A stretch of 64,000 nt of DNA from Promethearchaeota archaeon (GTDB lineage Archaea > Asgardarchaeota > Lokiarchaeia > Sigyniarchaeales > SOKP01): assembly GCA_008080735.1 (NCBI GenBank), contig SHMW01000001.1, forward strand, positions 53,037-117,036, read 5' to 3'. Of this stretch, positions 27,630-38,022 are shown one piece after another. The position numbers and the translations under genes were made by a program. Numbering within the stretch: the stretch's first letter is position 1; each line of letters begins with the position of its first letter. The notes under the pieces are model-generated. The model saw only the letters and a program-made list of their open reading frames with translations, did not search any database and had not been told where the DNA came from.

Positions 27630-28859
27630 TTAAAATACTTGTTCTTTTCCGGCTATCAGACGCTCTCTGAGATCTATTATGTTCTCTTTCGTTAATAATT
27701 CCTCAGAAACTTCTTTAGCAACCTTTTCAATACTTGAAAAGGAAACATTATCAGCAGGAATCAAAGATATCGAATTTACCCAAGGGTCAGTAATCGGGCG
27801 ACCGATCTGTGATAATAATTTCACATGTACTTCTTTAATATCGCCCTCTCCCTTTTCATATATTCTATCTGCCATATTGTTTGCGAGGACATTATATATT
27901 TTTCCCACATGGTTGATAGGATTTTTTCCGCAAACTGCTTCAAGAGACATAGTTCGACAGGGGGTGATTAATCCATTCGCTCGATTACCACGCCCGACTT
28001 CCCCATCATCTCCCGCTTCCGCACTTGTCCCTGTAATGGTAAGATACATAATATCTTGATCAATATTATCTCCAACATTCACCGAGACATTCACATCTCT
28101 TTCAGGAATTAATTCATTAGCCAAATCGAGTGTAGAATCTCGTATTTGATCTATATAATTACTGTATTCTCCTTTATCTAGAATATATTTGCTTACCATC
28201 GCATTCGCTATGGTAATATCTACTTTATTTCCCGTTCTAGTAGACATTACTTTAATATCCTCTCCCGAACCGGGACATTTATCCTTAAATTTATCGGAAT
28301 TGAGTAAGCGCTCTGTTTCTAAGGTAATCCTTTCACAGTCAGATAATGGAGCAAATCCTACACCAAAACTCGTATCATTTGCCAAAGGAATTTGTTCCAT
28401 CACATCCGATTCTTCAAAAACTCCAGTAAGATCGATTGAACCTGGTTTTACTGCATAATCAAATTGAATTTGTGAGGTTAAATCTAAATTCCGAAATACA
28501 TCTGATACTACTTGCCTGCATGCATCAAGAACTATTGTTGCGACAGGAATATATTCCAATTTGTTTTCTCTGAATATTTGGTTGATTGCCCTTCCTACGA
28601 TGAGAAAATATTGTGGTTCTAAGATTTTACCTCCACCAAATTCAGGTTTGGCTATCCCGCCGACTAAAGCCGCTTTATCGACATTATGGTGGTAATATCG
28701 CCCAAAGTTTTCAAAATAATATTTACAAAGCATTCGAGAGCTTAGATCGGCTGCCGCATCACAAACGGAATCCGGATGTCCAACTCCCTTTCGCTCACAA
28801 AGCTCGGGAAAATCTGACTTCTCGATTTCAGTAAATTTTGCTTCATCTATTTTTAGCAT
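27630..28859 (-). CDS. mat: S-adenosylmethionine synthetase, archaeal type
   Basis: ERKGVGHPDS, HHNVDK, ANDTSFGVG, GEDIKVM, GTSAEAGDDG.VGRGNR, GKNP..HVGKIYN. Confidence 0.97.
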   Translation of the reverse strand: MLKIDEAKFTEIEKSDFPELCERKGVGHPDSVCDAAADLSSRMLCKYYFENFGRYYHHNVDKAALVGGIAKPEFGGGKILEPQYFLIVGRAINQIFRENKLEYIPVATIVLDACRQVVSDVFRNLDLTSQIQFDYAVKPGSIDLTGVFEESDVMEQIPLANDTSFGVGFAPLSDCERITLETERLLNSDKFKDKCPGSGEDIKVMSTRTGNKVDITIANAMVSKYILDKGEYSNYIDQIRDSTLDLANELIPERDVNVSVNVGDNIDQDIMYLTITGTSAEAGDDGEVGRGNRANGLITPCRTMSLEAVCGKNPINHVGKIYNVLANNMADRIYEKGEGDIKEVHVKLLSQIGRPITDPWVNSISLIPADNVSFSSIEKVAKEVSEELLTKENIIDLRERLIAGKEQVF

Positions 28860-29046
28860 TTAACATCATTTATAATAACTTGAATGATTTTATATTTGAA
28901 GGATTTTAAAAAAACCTTTTGATTATCTCAATGTGTTTAATCTCGCTTTATACACGAATATCAGCAATTAAAAGAAAGATCAAATAAATTAAAAAAAAAA
29001 TAGTGTTTAAAATATTCTAAGAAATAACTGGAGAAGAACAATCTAA

Positions 29047-29520
29047 TTATTTTATCCAATTTATAATATCGTGAATATAATTCTGAGCCTTTTCCATCTC
29101 TGAATCTAGTATAGGGCCCTCTTGTTCCTTTACTCGAGCAGTCAATATTTCTGGATATACATTTTCAATACTAGATGCCTTTTCGAGCTTTTTATGATAT
29201 CTTTTTTTGAATCCTTGTACTTTATCAGTGGGCAATCCATGGGTCAAGAATTCTGTAGCGTATTTGATGTTATTTCCTTTATATTTTAATGCTTTATCGA
29301 GTCGTTTTAGCCATTTTTTTGATTTAGTTGCTCCTCGAAACATCCGAATTGCTCCACCTAATATCAACACATCTGGGTTATCATTTGCTACTGTCTGGGG
29401 ATCTATATCTTTTACATCCCCCGTTTTGACTTCATATTCACCAGAGAATTCCTTTTGGAACTTTTCTGCTAAGATTTTTCCATTTCCAAATTGGGTGTCG
29501 TACATTATATATACATTCAT
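29047..29520 (-). CDS. Flavodoxin-like protein
   Basis: YDTQFGNGKILAE FMN-binding loop; DVLILGGAIR. Confidence 0.75.
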   Translation of the reverse strand: MNVYIMYDTQFGNGKILAEKFQKEFSGEYEVKTGDVKDIDPQTVANDNPDVLILGGAIRMFRGATKSKKWLKRLDKALKYKGNNIKYATEFLTHGLPTDKVQGFKKRYHKKLEKASSIENVYPEILTARVKEQEGPILDSEMEKAQNYIHDIINWIK

Positions 29521-29706
29521 AATTATCTACCTAAGAGAAAAGGTAGAAATGAATGTTTTTAAATTTAAGTAGACCATTTTTTGATCCTAAGTTCTGACCA
29601 GCAACCCTTTTTGAAAATGATTTATTGGTATTCGTCAGACAAAGATATTACTAAACCTTTTTAATTAAACTTATTAATCCCTTTCATTTAACACTATTTA
29701 TAAGAC

Positions 29707-30522
29707 GTGATTATTATGTTTATCAAACAAGTTCATATCATATTCAATTCTCGAGAGACTCACCGTATTACAGAACCGTTGCTAAATCATCCGCCCAATA
29801 TATTGTATTATTTTACCGCGTTTATTCGTGAAACTGGACAGAAAGATGAGAATATGGATTATCTAGAAAAAAATCTTAATCTGCTAAATGACAATCTACC
29901 GCAATTAGAGATAATACAAAAGGAGGTTGACTATACGGATTATATTGAGGTCATGCAAGAACTCTCCAAAATAATCAAAAAAGAACGGCAGGAAAACCAA
30001 AACTGTAAAATTTATATCAATGTTGGTTCAGGTTCCAAGGTTACCGCGATAGCATCTGTAGAAGCTTCAGAATTATGGAATTGTGATATATACTATGTTT
30101 ATTCCACAAAATATGACCCCAAGGGGAAAGGTCCAGAACATAAAGGAAAAATGATAATAAAAGAACCACTTACTTTTCCGATAAAAAAACCGAAAAAAAT
30201 TTACATAGATATCTTGAGATTGATAGAAAAAATGATTACTGAACGATATAAGAATAAAGAATACGATGATTCCATTAATAAATATATTTACAAAAAACAT
30301 TTAGTAGAACGCTTGTATACAGAAAAAATCATGACATTAAAAAGTAAAAATGAGGACGAGAGGAAGCTTCAAGCAAGCAAATATATGAAGAGTAAGAAAT
30401 ATCTGAATCGATTAAACTCTGAATTGGACTATATTAATGTGTCGAAAGATAAAAGAAATAAGAAAATCTTTATTACTGATACGGGTAAAGAAATTCTCAA
30501 TATATTCAAATATTACTTCTGA
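29707..30522 (+). CDS. CARF-like Rossmann domain plus wHTH regulator (DUF6293/HFX_2341-like)
   Basis: VHIIF..E..RI, IYINVGSGSK motif, C-terminal wHTH ending ITDTGK. Confidence 0.7.
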   Translation: MIIMFIKQVHIIFNSRETHRITEPLLNHPPNILYYFTAFIRETGQKDENMDYLEKNLNLLNDNLPQLEIIQKEVDYTDYIEVMQELSKIIKKERQENQNCKIYINVGSGSKVTAIASVEASELWNCDIYYVYSTKYDPKGKGPEHKGKMIIKEPLTFPIKKPKKIYIDILRLIEKMITERYKNKEYDDSINKYIYKKHLVERLYTEKIMTLKSKNEDERKLQASKYMKSKKYLNRLNSELDYINVSKDKRNKKIFITDTGKEILNIFKYYF

Positions 30523-30584
30523 TACGCCTTATTTCTGATAACAAAAAAAATTTTTAAAAAGCATTATCATAATATTAATAGGAT

Positions 30585-31610
30585 ATGGAAAAAATTTTAC
30601 AAAAGATTGAAGAATTACTGAAGAATGCAAATTTTGAGATTTTTTCATTCAATTTCGATTCCACAAGACAAAATTATTGCTATGATTTCATTGTAAAAAA
30701 GAACGATTTAGTCTTTATTGTAAAAGCTTTTTCGAACATCGATAATATCGACATCGATATGCTAAAAGGCATTAAGATTCTCTCCAAAATCCTCAAATCA
30801 AAACCTCTTCTAATTGGAATTAAAAATAGATATCAAAAACTTGAAGATAATACAATTTATTTACGAGAAGATCTTCCTTTCATCACGATCGATACTTTAG
30901 AAAACATATTGAAATATCAACTTTTCCCTTTTATATTAGCTCGGAGAGGTGGTGGTGTTGTTTTTCTTGACGGAGAAATTATGAAAGAAGTAAGAGAAGA
31001 ACAAAAAATATCGAGAAAAGAATTGTCAGAAAGAATTGGTGTGACAAAACGCACCATCTGTTCATATGAAAGTGAGAATATGCGTCCTTCCATGGAGGTT
31101 GCCGAGAAATTAGAAGCCGTATTAGGAACCGATGCATTCTTACGAAATATCAACGTTTTAGATTGGAGATTTAAATTCAATTTTAATGAAGAAGGTGTAG
31201 AAAAGGACCAAGAACTAAATCCTTTTGAAGAACATATACAAAATGTTATTAGGGACATCGGTATCAGATCCTATTTTTATAAAAAGGGGAGATTTCCATT
31301 TGAGATGCTTATCTCTTCAAAAGATTTAGAACTTGAGTGTGATAATAATTTTTATCCCCTCTTTTCCGAAATTTCCTATATAAAAGAGCATCTAAGGAAA
31401 ATTAACTTAAGTTATCTCCGCATTTTTGCTAAATTATTTCACAAACACTCACTCTGGATTATAAAGGATGATATAAAAATCCCTCAGCTTCTTAAAAAAG
31501 AACAGATCCCCGTTATTAAGATTAAAAAATTAGAAAAAATAGATGATGAGAATGAATTTATTGAATTTATTCAAGGTTCAGAAAAACCTGCATCATCGAA
31601 TCAATCCTAA
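30585..31610 (+). CDS. Archaeal HTH transcriptional regulator (COG1395-like)
   Basis: YDFIVKK..FIVK...NID, PLLIG, ARRGG..V.LDG, Cro-type HTH SRKELSERIGVTKRTICSYE. Confidence 0.85.
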   Translation: MEKILQKIEELLKNANFEIFSFNFDSTRQNYCYDFIVKKNDLVFIVKAFSNIDNIDIDMLKGIKILSKILKSKPLLIGIKNRYQKLEDNTIYLREDLPFITIDTLENILKYQLFPFILARRGGGVVFLDGEIMKEVREEQKISRKELSERIGVTKRTICSYESENMRPSMEVAEKLEAVLGTDAFLRNINVLDWRFKFNFNEEGVEKDQELNPFEEHIQNVIRDIGIRSYFYKKGRFPFEMLISSKDLELECDNNFYPLFSEISYIKEHLRKINLSYLRIFAKLFHKHSLWIIKDDIKIPQLLKKEQIPVIKIKKLEKIDDENEFIEFIQGSEKPASSNQS

Positions 31611-31755
31611 GGTTTACATATCTTTTTCTCCATTTATTGGACGATTATTCTTTCTTAATCTTATAAATTATATTCAATTAAGATATGGAGCTTTTATAAA
31701 TTTCGAATAATTAGAATTAAACACTATTATATCATAAATCTGAGACTAATAGGTT

Positions 31756-32475
31756 ATGTGTAATTATTTAGTGTGCGGAATTGATGAGGCCGGGAGTTAA
31801 TAGAACATATCGTTCACCCCCCCGAAAGGTCCCGTCTTAGGTCCGCTAGTGGTATGTGGTGTCTGTTTTACTGAGTCAAATTTAGAATATTTAGAGGAGA
31901 TAAATGTAAAAGATTCAAAAAAATTAAGTAAAAAAAAGCGAATTGCGCTTTCAAAATTAATAAAGACTCAGTGTGTGTGTTATAAAGAACTGATTGTATC
32001 AACCCGAGAAATAGACCAAAGGTTTGAGAAGAATATTAACTTGAATATGCTTGAAATAAACAAATTCGCACAAATTATCAATGATTTAAAACCTGATATT
32101 ATTTATATGGATGCCGCAGACACGAATGAAGAAAGATTTAGAGAATTTATCCTCGAGAAGTTAAATTATAGTCCTCATAAAATAATTTCAGAGCATAAAG
32201 CGGATGAGAAATATCCTATTGTTTCTGCAGCTTCCATAATCGCAAAAGATAAACGAGATGTAATTATCGATAATCTAAGGGAAAAATATTTAAATTTAGG
32301 ATATTCAGATTTGGGATCAGGATATCCGTCAGATAAGAAAACTACGCAGTTTTTGAGAGAATGGATACGTTCTGAAAAAAAAGCACCTCCTTTTGCGAGA
32401 AAAACATGGGAAACAACCAAAAAAATGTTAGATTTAGAATTATATAATAAAAAAATAACTCAATATTTTGAGTAA
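31756..32475 (+). CDS. rnhB: Ribonuclease HII, split by a 30-nt putative intron: join(31756..31796,31827..32475), 229 aa
   Basis: Exon 1 MCNYLVCGIDEAG(R), exon 2 GPVLGPLVVCG...VKDSKKL...MDAAD...HKADE.YP.VSAASIIAK..RD...GSGYPSD, and a C-terminal PIP-like KITQYF. The ORF-track start at 31849 lacks the catalytic D/E. Confidence 0.9.
31797..31826 (+). other. Putative archaeal BHB/BHL-type pre-mRNA intron in rnhB
   Basis: ttaatagaacatatcgttcacccccccgaa. Central helix CGGG(31791-94)/CCCG(31821-24), 3-nt AG^U and AA^A segments, internal GAAC/GTTC hairpin. Excision gives GGG AGA GGT (G-R-G). Confidence 0.8.
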
Positions 32476-32532
32476 AATGTAGGAATTCCATTAGATCTCT
32501 AAACTAGTAAACCCTGCAAATATTTACACAAC

Positions 32533-33222
32533 TTATTTTTCTGCGATTAATACGATATGGTTTTTTGCAAAATTGTGAATATTGATGCTTTCCTGAATTA
32601 AATACCCCGATTCCTCGAGGACTTTTCTCTCATCTTTATATACTTGTTCAGACTTAGAGACGCTATCAATTGATTGAGATTTAATGACCAATATTAATTT
32701 TCCCTTTTCTTTCAGATAATAATCTCCATTTTTTACACTTATTTCTGCTTGCGTCGGTTGAGCTACATCTTGATATATTAAATCTATATCTGTGAATATA
32801 ATGTTTGCAAAATCTACAGGATGTCGAGCATCTGCCAGAATTGGAATAATATTCTTTCTTTCAGAAGTGTTTTGAATTAGTTGCCGCATACTCCGTTCGG
32901 CGAACTCCACAGCATATATGATTCCATTTGGTAAAATATCGCTTAGATGAGTAACAGTGGTTCCAGAGGCGGCACCTAAATAAAGACATTTAATCCCCTT
33001 TTTCAAAAAATTTGTTGATGGATCATTCATAAAAATCGCTGCGAGTTTACTACGTTCTGGATCCCAACTTCTATATTCTATTCCCTCGCTCTTGATTAAT
33101 TTTTCATCGTAAATCTTTCTTCCTGGGACTAAATTCCTTGTATATAAACGTGGATTGCTTAATGGACCCGATATAAACACATTATAAATTTTTGGATGTT
33201 TCCGTATTTTAATATTGTTCAT
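32533..33222 (-). CDS. flpA: Fibrillarin-like rRNA/tRNA 2'-O-methyltransferase
   Basis: YRSWDPERSKLAA, LYLGAASGTTVTHLSD, YAVEF, DARHP, YQDVAQP.Q. Confidence 0.96.
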   Translation of the reverse strand: MNNIKIRKHPKIYNVFISGPLSNPRLYTRNLVPGRKIYDEKLIKSEGIEYRSWDPERSKLAAIFMNDPSTNFLKKGIKCLYLGAASGTTVTHLSDILPNGIIYAVEFAERSMRQLIQNTSERKNIIPILADARHPVDFANIIFTDIDLIYQDVAQPTQAEISVKNGDYYLKEKGKLILVIKSQSIDSVSKSEQVYKDERKVLEESGYLIQESINIHNFAKNHIVLIAEK

Positions 33223-33239
33223 TATTATAAATCAACTCG

Positions 33240-34421
33240 TTATTTTCGCTTTTTCTTTGGTTTCCTTTCTGGGGCGGTGGGATACTTTTCTTTTATCTCT
33301 TCTATTTTTTCTTCAATTTCTTGGGCATATTGATCGCCTATAAAATCGCCAGAAAAATAATCAACTTTTGCTGCTAAACCCAATTTTCCCGCGATTAATC
33401 GTGCTATATTTCCCCGAATCCATGGAGGATTTCCCCTGATTTGTTGCCATTGAAATATAATTCCGTGCTTTGGAAGCTTTTGTCCCGTTTTTAGATGCCT
33501 GTATAACGCAGTTTCAGCACCTAATAACTGAATTCTTGAAGCGGGCATAAATGCTAATTTTCGAAGATTGCCCGCTTTTGCTATTAATTTGGCACCGATA
33601 AGTGAACCTACAATAGCTTGAATATTGGGTGCAGTAGCGGCCATTAGGGTCTCTAGGTGCGATTCCAATGATTTTCTATATTCATCCAATAAAAGTATCT
33701 GGTTGGCGAACTCTTTCACCATCTTAAGGTCTATATTCGCGCCCATTGATTTCTTAGACATATTTATTAATTTCTCTATAAGCTGTTGGGGGAATTCAAA
33801 TTCTTCTTGGAATGTCTTTTCTTCGTAATTTTTTCTATTTCCTATTTTCGCAACAATTTTGGCTAATACTATATTATCTTCAATAATAATATCTGTAAGT
33901 TCCGGGAAATGTAACCCGTACCATTCTCTTAAGCGGCTTGAGAATTGACTTATTGTGTCTTTGAGAGTATCTAATGTTTCAATTACTTGAATTATGGATT
34001 TATCTTTCTTTTCCCCCGCCTCTCTGACTTTCTGACGGATAAGTTCTTGGCTAATTTCTTTATATCTTTTTGATATCTCATCTTCCGAATACACTAATCC
34101 GATTGATTTTAATCTCTTAATTAGGTTTAAACGGAAATTTTTGAATTCTAATGAAGATGTGTCCAATTTCCTGGTCAGATCTATTTTATCTACTGTGATC
34201 TCTGCCAAATTTTCATTATCATATATAAATACATCAAAACCGGAGTTTTTAAGTTCCTTTAATAGGTTTAGATATTCTTCAGATAATTCTCCCTGATCAA
34301 GATTCATAAAGAAGTTGATTGATTTTTGGAGATCTTTATTAAAATCCCTGTAATTCAAAAGATTCCCTCCATTATCTAGAGCAAAAATTCCAATTAAAGT
34401 GTCAATAATATAGCATTCCAT
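33240..34421 (-). CDS. nop5: C/D box RNP protein Nop5 (Nop56/58)
   Basis: RLREWYGLHFPEL, SMGA, APN...G..IGAKLI, PASRIQLLGAE.AL, PKHGII. Confidence 0.96.
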   Translation of the reverse strand: MECYIIDTLIGIFALDNGGNLLNYRDFNKDLQKSINFFMNLDQGELSEEYLNLLKELKNSGFDVFIYDNENLAEITVDKIDLTRKLDTSSLEFKNFRLNLIKRLKSIGLVYSEDEISKRYKEISQELIRQKVREAGEKKDKSIIQVIETLDTLKDTISQFSSRLREWYGLHFPELTDIIIEDNIVLAKIVAKIGNRKNYEEKTFQEEFEFPQQLIEKLINMSKKSMGANIDLKMVKEFANQILLLDEYRKSLESHLETLMAATAPNIQAIVGSLIGAKLIAKAGNLRKLAFMPASRIQLLGAETALYRHLKTGQKLPKHGIIFQWQQIRGNPPWIRGNIARLIAGKLGLAAKVDYFSGDFIGDQYAQEIEEKIEEIKEKYPTAPERKPKKKRK

Positions 34422-34484
34422 TTTATAGCCGCTCTCATATATAGACTTGTAATATTAATAATGTTTGATACTTAAATAATAATA

Positions 34485-35408
34485 ATGCTGGACACAAATA
34501 TTTGCGGACTAAAATTAAAATCCCCCTTAATTTTAGCATCTGGGATTTTAGGTGTCTCATATTCTTCTATGAAGAGAGTGATGGATGCTGGGGCGGGAGC
34601 CATAACCTCTAAATCAATTGGACCAAGACCAAGAAAAGGCTATAAAAATCCATCTATTTTTGAACTATTTTCGAAAACTTTCATAAATAGTGTGGGATTG
34701 GCTAATCCTGGTATAGATGAATTTGAAGATGAAATTAAGAAAATTAAACAATTCGACTTCCCGTTGATTGTGAGCATTTTTGGAGACACGATTGAATCTT
34801 ATATTGAAGTGGCGTTAAAAGCGGAAGATTATGGCTGTAACGCGATAGAAATAAATATTTCTTGTCCGCACGCTGAAGTTTCTTCTATCGGAATAAATCC
34901 AGATCTCACTAATTTCTTAGTGAAATCGCTAAAAAAAGAAATATCTATACCGGTTTTTGTAAAATTAAATCCGAATGTGACCGACATCACGGAAATTGGA
35001 CTTGCCGCCGAGAAGGGAGGGGCCGATGCCGTGGTTGCGATTAATACAATAGCAGCTATGGCAATTGATGTGAATACACATAGACCCATTTTATCTCACG
35101 GAAGTGGAGGTTTATCCGGTCAAGCAATTCATCCAATTGCAATAAAAAAAGTATATGATCTCTATGAGGTGTTACATATTCCGATTATCGGATGTGGAGG
35201 AATTTTCAGTTGGGAAGACGTTATAGAATTTCTTTTAGCGGGGGCGAGTGCGGTACAAATCGGAACGGCTCTCTATAATGGTGTGGCGCTCTTAAAGACG
35301 ATTAACAAAGATTTAGAAAATTTCTTAATTAAAAATGAGTATAGCTCTCTTTCTGATTTAATTGGAAGTGCTCATAAATTTGAACTTCAGGAGGTGCCAG
35401 AATTTTGA
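34485..35408 (+). CDS. pyrD: Dihydroorotate dehydrogenase family 1B catalytic subunit
   Basis: LASG, SKS, NSVGLANPG, EINISCPH, VKLNPN, INT, GGLSG, IIGCGG, VQIGT. Confidence 0.95.
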   Translation: MLDTNICGLKLKSPLILASGILGVSYSSMKRVMDAGAGAITSKSIGPRPRKGYKNPSIFELFSKTFINSVGLANPGIDEFEDEIKKIKQFDFPLIVSIFGDTIESYIEVALKAEDYGCNAIEINISCPHAEVSSIGINPDLTNFLVKSLKKEISIPVFVKLNPNVTDITEIGLAAEKGGADAVVAINTIAAMAIDVNTHRPILSHGSGGLSGQAIHPIAIKKVYDLYEVLHIPIIGCGGIFSWEDVIEFLLAGASAVQIGTALYNGVALLKTINKDLENFLIKNEYSSLSDLIGSAHKFELQEVPEF

Positions 35409-36256
35409 ACAACAATAATCTAATCAAGACCGTGAAAGTGGAGAAAATAGAAGAAGAATGTGAAGGAATAGTAAATATTAGTTTCAAAATGCAAGATGCA
35501 AAAGATTATAGCATACTTCCGAAAGCAGGGCAATTTATAATGGTCTGGGTACCCGGAGTCGACGAAGTTCCAATGTCTCTTTCTGGGGCTGATCTTGAAT
35601 GTTATTGGACAATTACAGTAAAAGATGTTGGGGAATGCACTAACGCTTTATGTAACCTTTCTGTAGGGGATTATATTGGTGTTAGAGGTCCATTAGGAAC
35701 CTATTTTACAATACCCGAGGATAATTCAAAATTAGTTTTTCTAATTGGTGGTGGAACGGGCATCGCACCTCTAAAATTTTTGGCTGAGAAATTGAAGAGC
35801 AAGGGTTTTAATGTATCATTGATACAAGGAGCAAAGAACGAAGCGGATCTCATATTTATTAGCCAGTTTGGAACATTTCAGAGAGATCTTTCTAACGTGA
35901 TATATTGTACGGATGATGGAAGTTTTGGTTCCGAAGGATATGCATCTAAAATATTTCGAGAAGAACTTGATAATTACTCTCAACAAGAACTTTCAAATGC
36001 ATTAGCATACACATGCGGTCCAGAACTAATGATGAGAGAAGTCTTTCGAATATGCGAAGAACATAACATACATCTTGAGGCGAGTCTCGAGAGAATGATG
36101 AGATGCGGTTGCGGTTTATGCGGATTATGTTCTTTAGATCCCTTGGGCTTATTAGTCTGTAAAGATGGACCGGTATTTCCATCTGAAATCTTGCGAAAAA
36201 TTGACGATTTTGGGAAATATAAAAGAGACATCACTGGAAGAAAAATATCCTTTTGA
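35405..36256 (+). CDS. pyrK: Dihydroorotate dehydrogenase electron-transfer subunit
   Basis: GQFIMVW, RGPLG, GGGTGIAP, TDDGS.G, CGPE.MM, ERMMRCGCGLCGLC, VCKDGPVF. Confidence 0.93.
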   Translation: MNNNNLIKTVKVEKIEEECEGIVNISFKMQDAKDYSILPKAGQFIMVWVPGVDEVPMSLSGADLECYWTITVKDVGECTNALCNLSVGDYIGVRGPLGTYFTIPEDNSKLVFLIGGGTGIAPLKFLAEKLKSKGFNVSLIQGAKNEADLIFISQFGTFQRDLSNVIYCTDDGSFGSEGYASKIFREELDNYSQQELSNALAYTCGPELMMREVFRICEEHNIHLEASLERMMRCGCGLCGLCSLDPLGLLVCKDGPVFPSEILRKIDDFGKYKRDITGRKISF

Positions 36257-36378
36257 ATTCGGAAATTCATCCTATTTTCAGATTATTCTGCCTCTATCTT
36301 CAAAATTAACATAAAATATTTGTTTTTTCTATCAATATCTATAATGACTCTTAATTTCTGGTAAATGTTAATAGGAAA

Positions 36379-38022
36379 ATGAACTCAAAGACTTCTAAGG
36401 ATAAAGATAAGATTAAGAATATTGCACTTGACACTATTCGGTATTTATTAGATCATCCTGAGACTCCTCGATCTAAAATAACAAATATCAAAGGAATGTT
36501 TGCCAAGAAATTTCAATATGATGGAGTCATAAAGAATGCAGTCGTTCTTGAATATCTTCCTGACGTGGATCTTACACAAAAAGAGAGAAGGTTTCTTAAT
36601 AAGAAACTAAGAAGAAGGACCACACGGAGCATTTCAGGAGTGTCTGTAATTGCTATTATGACATCTCCACTTGAATGTCCGGGAAATTGTATCTATTGCC
36701 CGGGGACTGAATCTCAACCTGATCAAAAAGTGGCACAGTCATATACTGGTAGAGAGCCCGCTGCGATGAGATCTATTCATTATGGATATGATTCCTATAA
36801 ACAAGTGCAGAGTAGGATTGAGGATCTTGAAGCTATCGGGCATACGGTGGACAAGATTGAACTTATCATAATGGGGGGTACATTCCTCTCAGCTGATATC
36901 TCATATCAAAAAAAATTTGTAAAAGGTGCTCTTGAAGCAATCATAGATACTCGTACGGATTCGTTAGAAGAAGCGATTAAACGTGCTGAATCATCTAAAC
37001 GAAGATTAATTGGTATTACCATCGAAACGAGACCCGATTATTGTAAAGAATCACATGTTGATAGAATGCTTGAATATGGCACCACCAGAGTTGAACTTGG
37101 AGTTCAAACCATCTATGATGAGATATATAAATTAATCAAAAGAGGTCATAGCACAGAAGATAGTAAAGAAGCAATAAGAATTGCTAAAGACGCAGGATTG
37201 AAGATAAACGCGCATATAATGCCCGATCTACCTGGCTCTACTTATCAAAAAGACCTTGAATTATTTGAAACGCTATTCGATGATCCCGATTATAGACCTG
37301 ATATGCTTAAAATTTACCCTTGTTTGGTAATTAAGGGAACCGAGTTATATAAATTATGGAAGAGGGGGGAATATGCGCCATATTCACTGGATGAATTGAC
37401 CGCGCTCATTGCAAACTGGAAACAACAAATCCCTCGCTATGTCCGAATCCAGAGGATTATGCGCGATATTCCTGCTCCATTAATAGAGGCAGGATGCAAA
37501 AAAAGTAATTTGAGGCAATTAGTGAAGAATAGACTGAATGATATGAATGCGAGGTGTAATTGCATTCGATGCAGAGAACTCGGAATTAAAAACCGGAGCG
37601 CAGAAATTGATGGCTCTGTCTTGGAAAATATTCAACTCTCCCGCTTTGATTATAATGCTTCGAAAGGTCAAGAGATCTTTCTTTCATATGAGAATCAAAA
37701 GAAAAATTATTTAATTGGCTACCTCCGACTTCGAAAACCCTCTAAATTCGCCCATAGACCTGAACTAAATGATGGGCATACCTTAATTGTGAGAGAAATA
37801 AAAGTTGTGGGAGAATTAGTAGCAAAAGATAATCAACCATATACTGAAATTCAATTACAACATAGGGGATATGGAACTTCTTTATTGGAAGAAGCTGAAC
37901 GAATTGCCAAAGAAGAGTTTGATGCAAAAAAAATTACCGTGATTTCTGGGATTGGGGTACGGCATTGGTTTTATGATTTAGATTACATATTAGATGGACC
38001 CTATGTTTCCAAGCATCTGTGA
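36379..38022 (+). CDS. elp3: tRNA uridine(34) acetyltransferase Elp3
   Basis: RSISGVSVIAIM, CPGNCIYCPG, QSYTGREPA, MGGTF, ETRPD, LKIYP, RIQRIMRDIP, QHRGYG, VISGIGVR. Confidence 0.97.
   Translation: MNSKTSKDKDKIKNIALDTIRYLLDHPETPRSKITNIKGMFAKKFQYDGVIKNAVVLEYLPDVDLTQKERRFLNKKLRRRTTRSISGVSVIAIMTSPLECPGNCIYCPGTESQPDQKVAQSYTGREPAAMRSIHYGYDSYKQVQSRIEDLEAIGHTVDKIELIIMGGTFLSADISYQKKFVKGALEAIIDTRTDSLEEAIKRAESSKRRLIGITIETRPDYCKESHVDRMLEYGTTRVELGVQTIYDEIYKLIKRGHSTEDSKEAIRIAKDAGLKINAHIMPDLPGSTYQKDLELFETLFDDPDYRPDMLKIYPCLVIKGTELYKLWKRGEYAPYSLDELTALIANWKQQIPRYVRIQRIMRDIPAPLIEAGCKKSNLRQLVKNRLNDMNARCNCIRCRELGIKNRSAEIDGSVLENIQLSRFDYNASKGQEIFLSYENQKKNYLIGYLRLRKPSKFAHRPELNDGHTLIVREIKVVGELVAKDNQPYTEIQLQHRGYGTSLLEEAERIAKEEFDAKKITVISGIGVRHWFYDLDYILDGPYVSKHL

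Noticed and set aside
31798-31803. Stop-codon recoding (Sec/Pyl) as an explanation for the rnhB interruption
   Set aside because: The stops are TAA then TAG, not TGA, and read-through would leave 10 extra residues in the active-site motif and no Arg.
31849-32475. ORF-track RNase HII starting at GTG 31849
   Set aside because: It lacks the catalytic GIDEAGRGP motif, which is encoded in frame upstream from ATG 31756.
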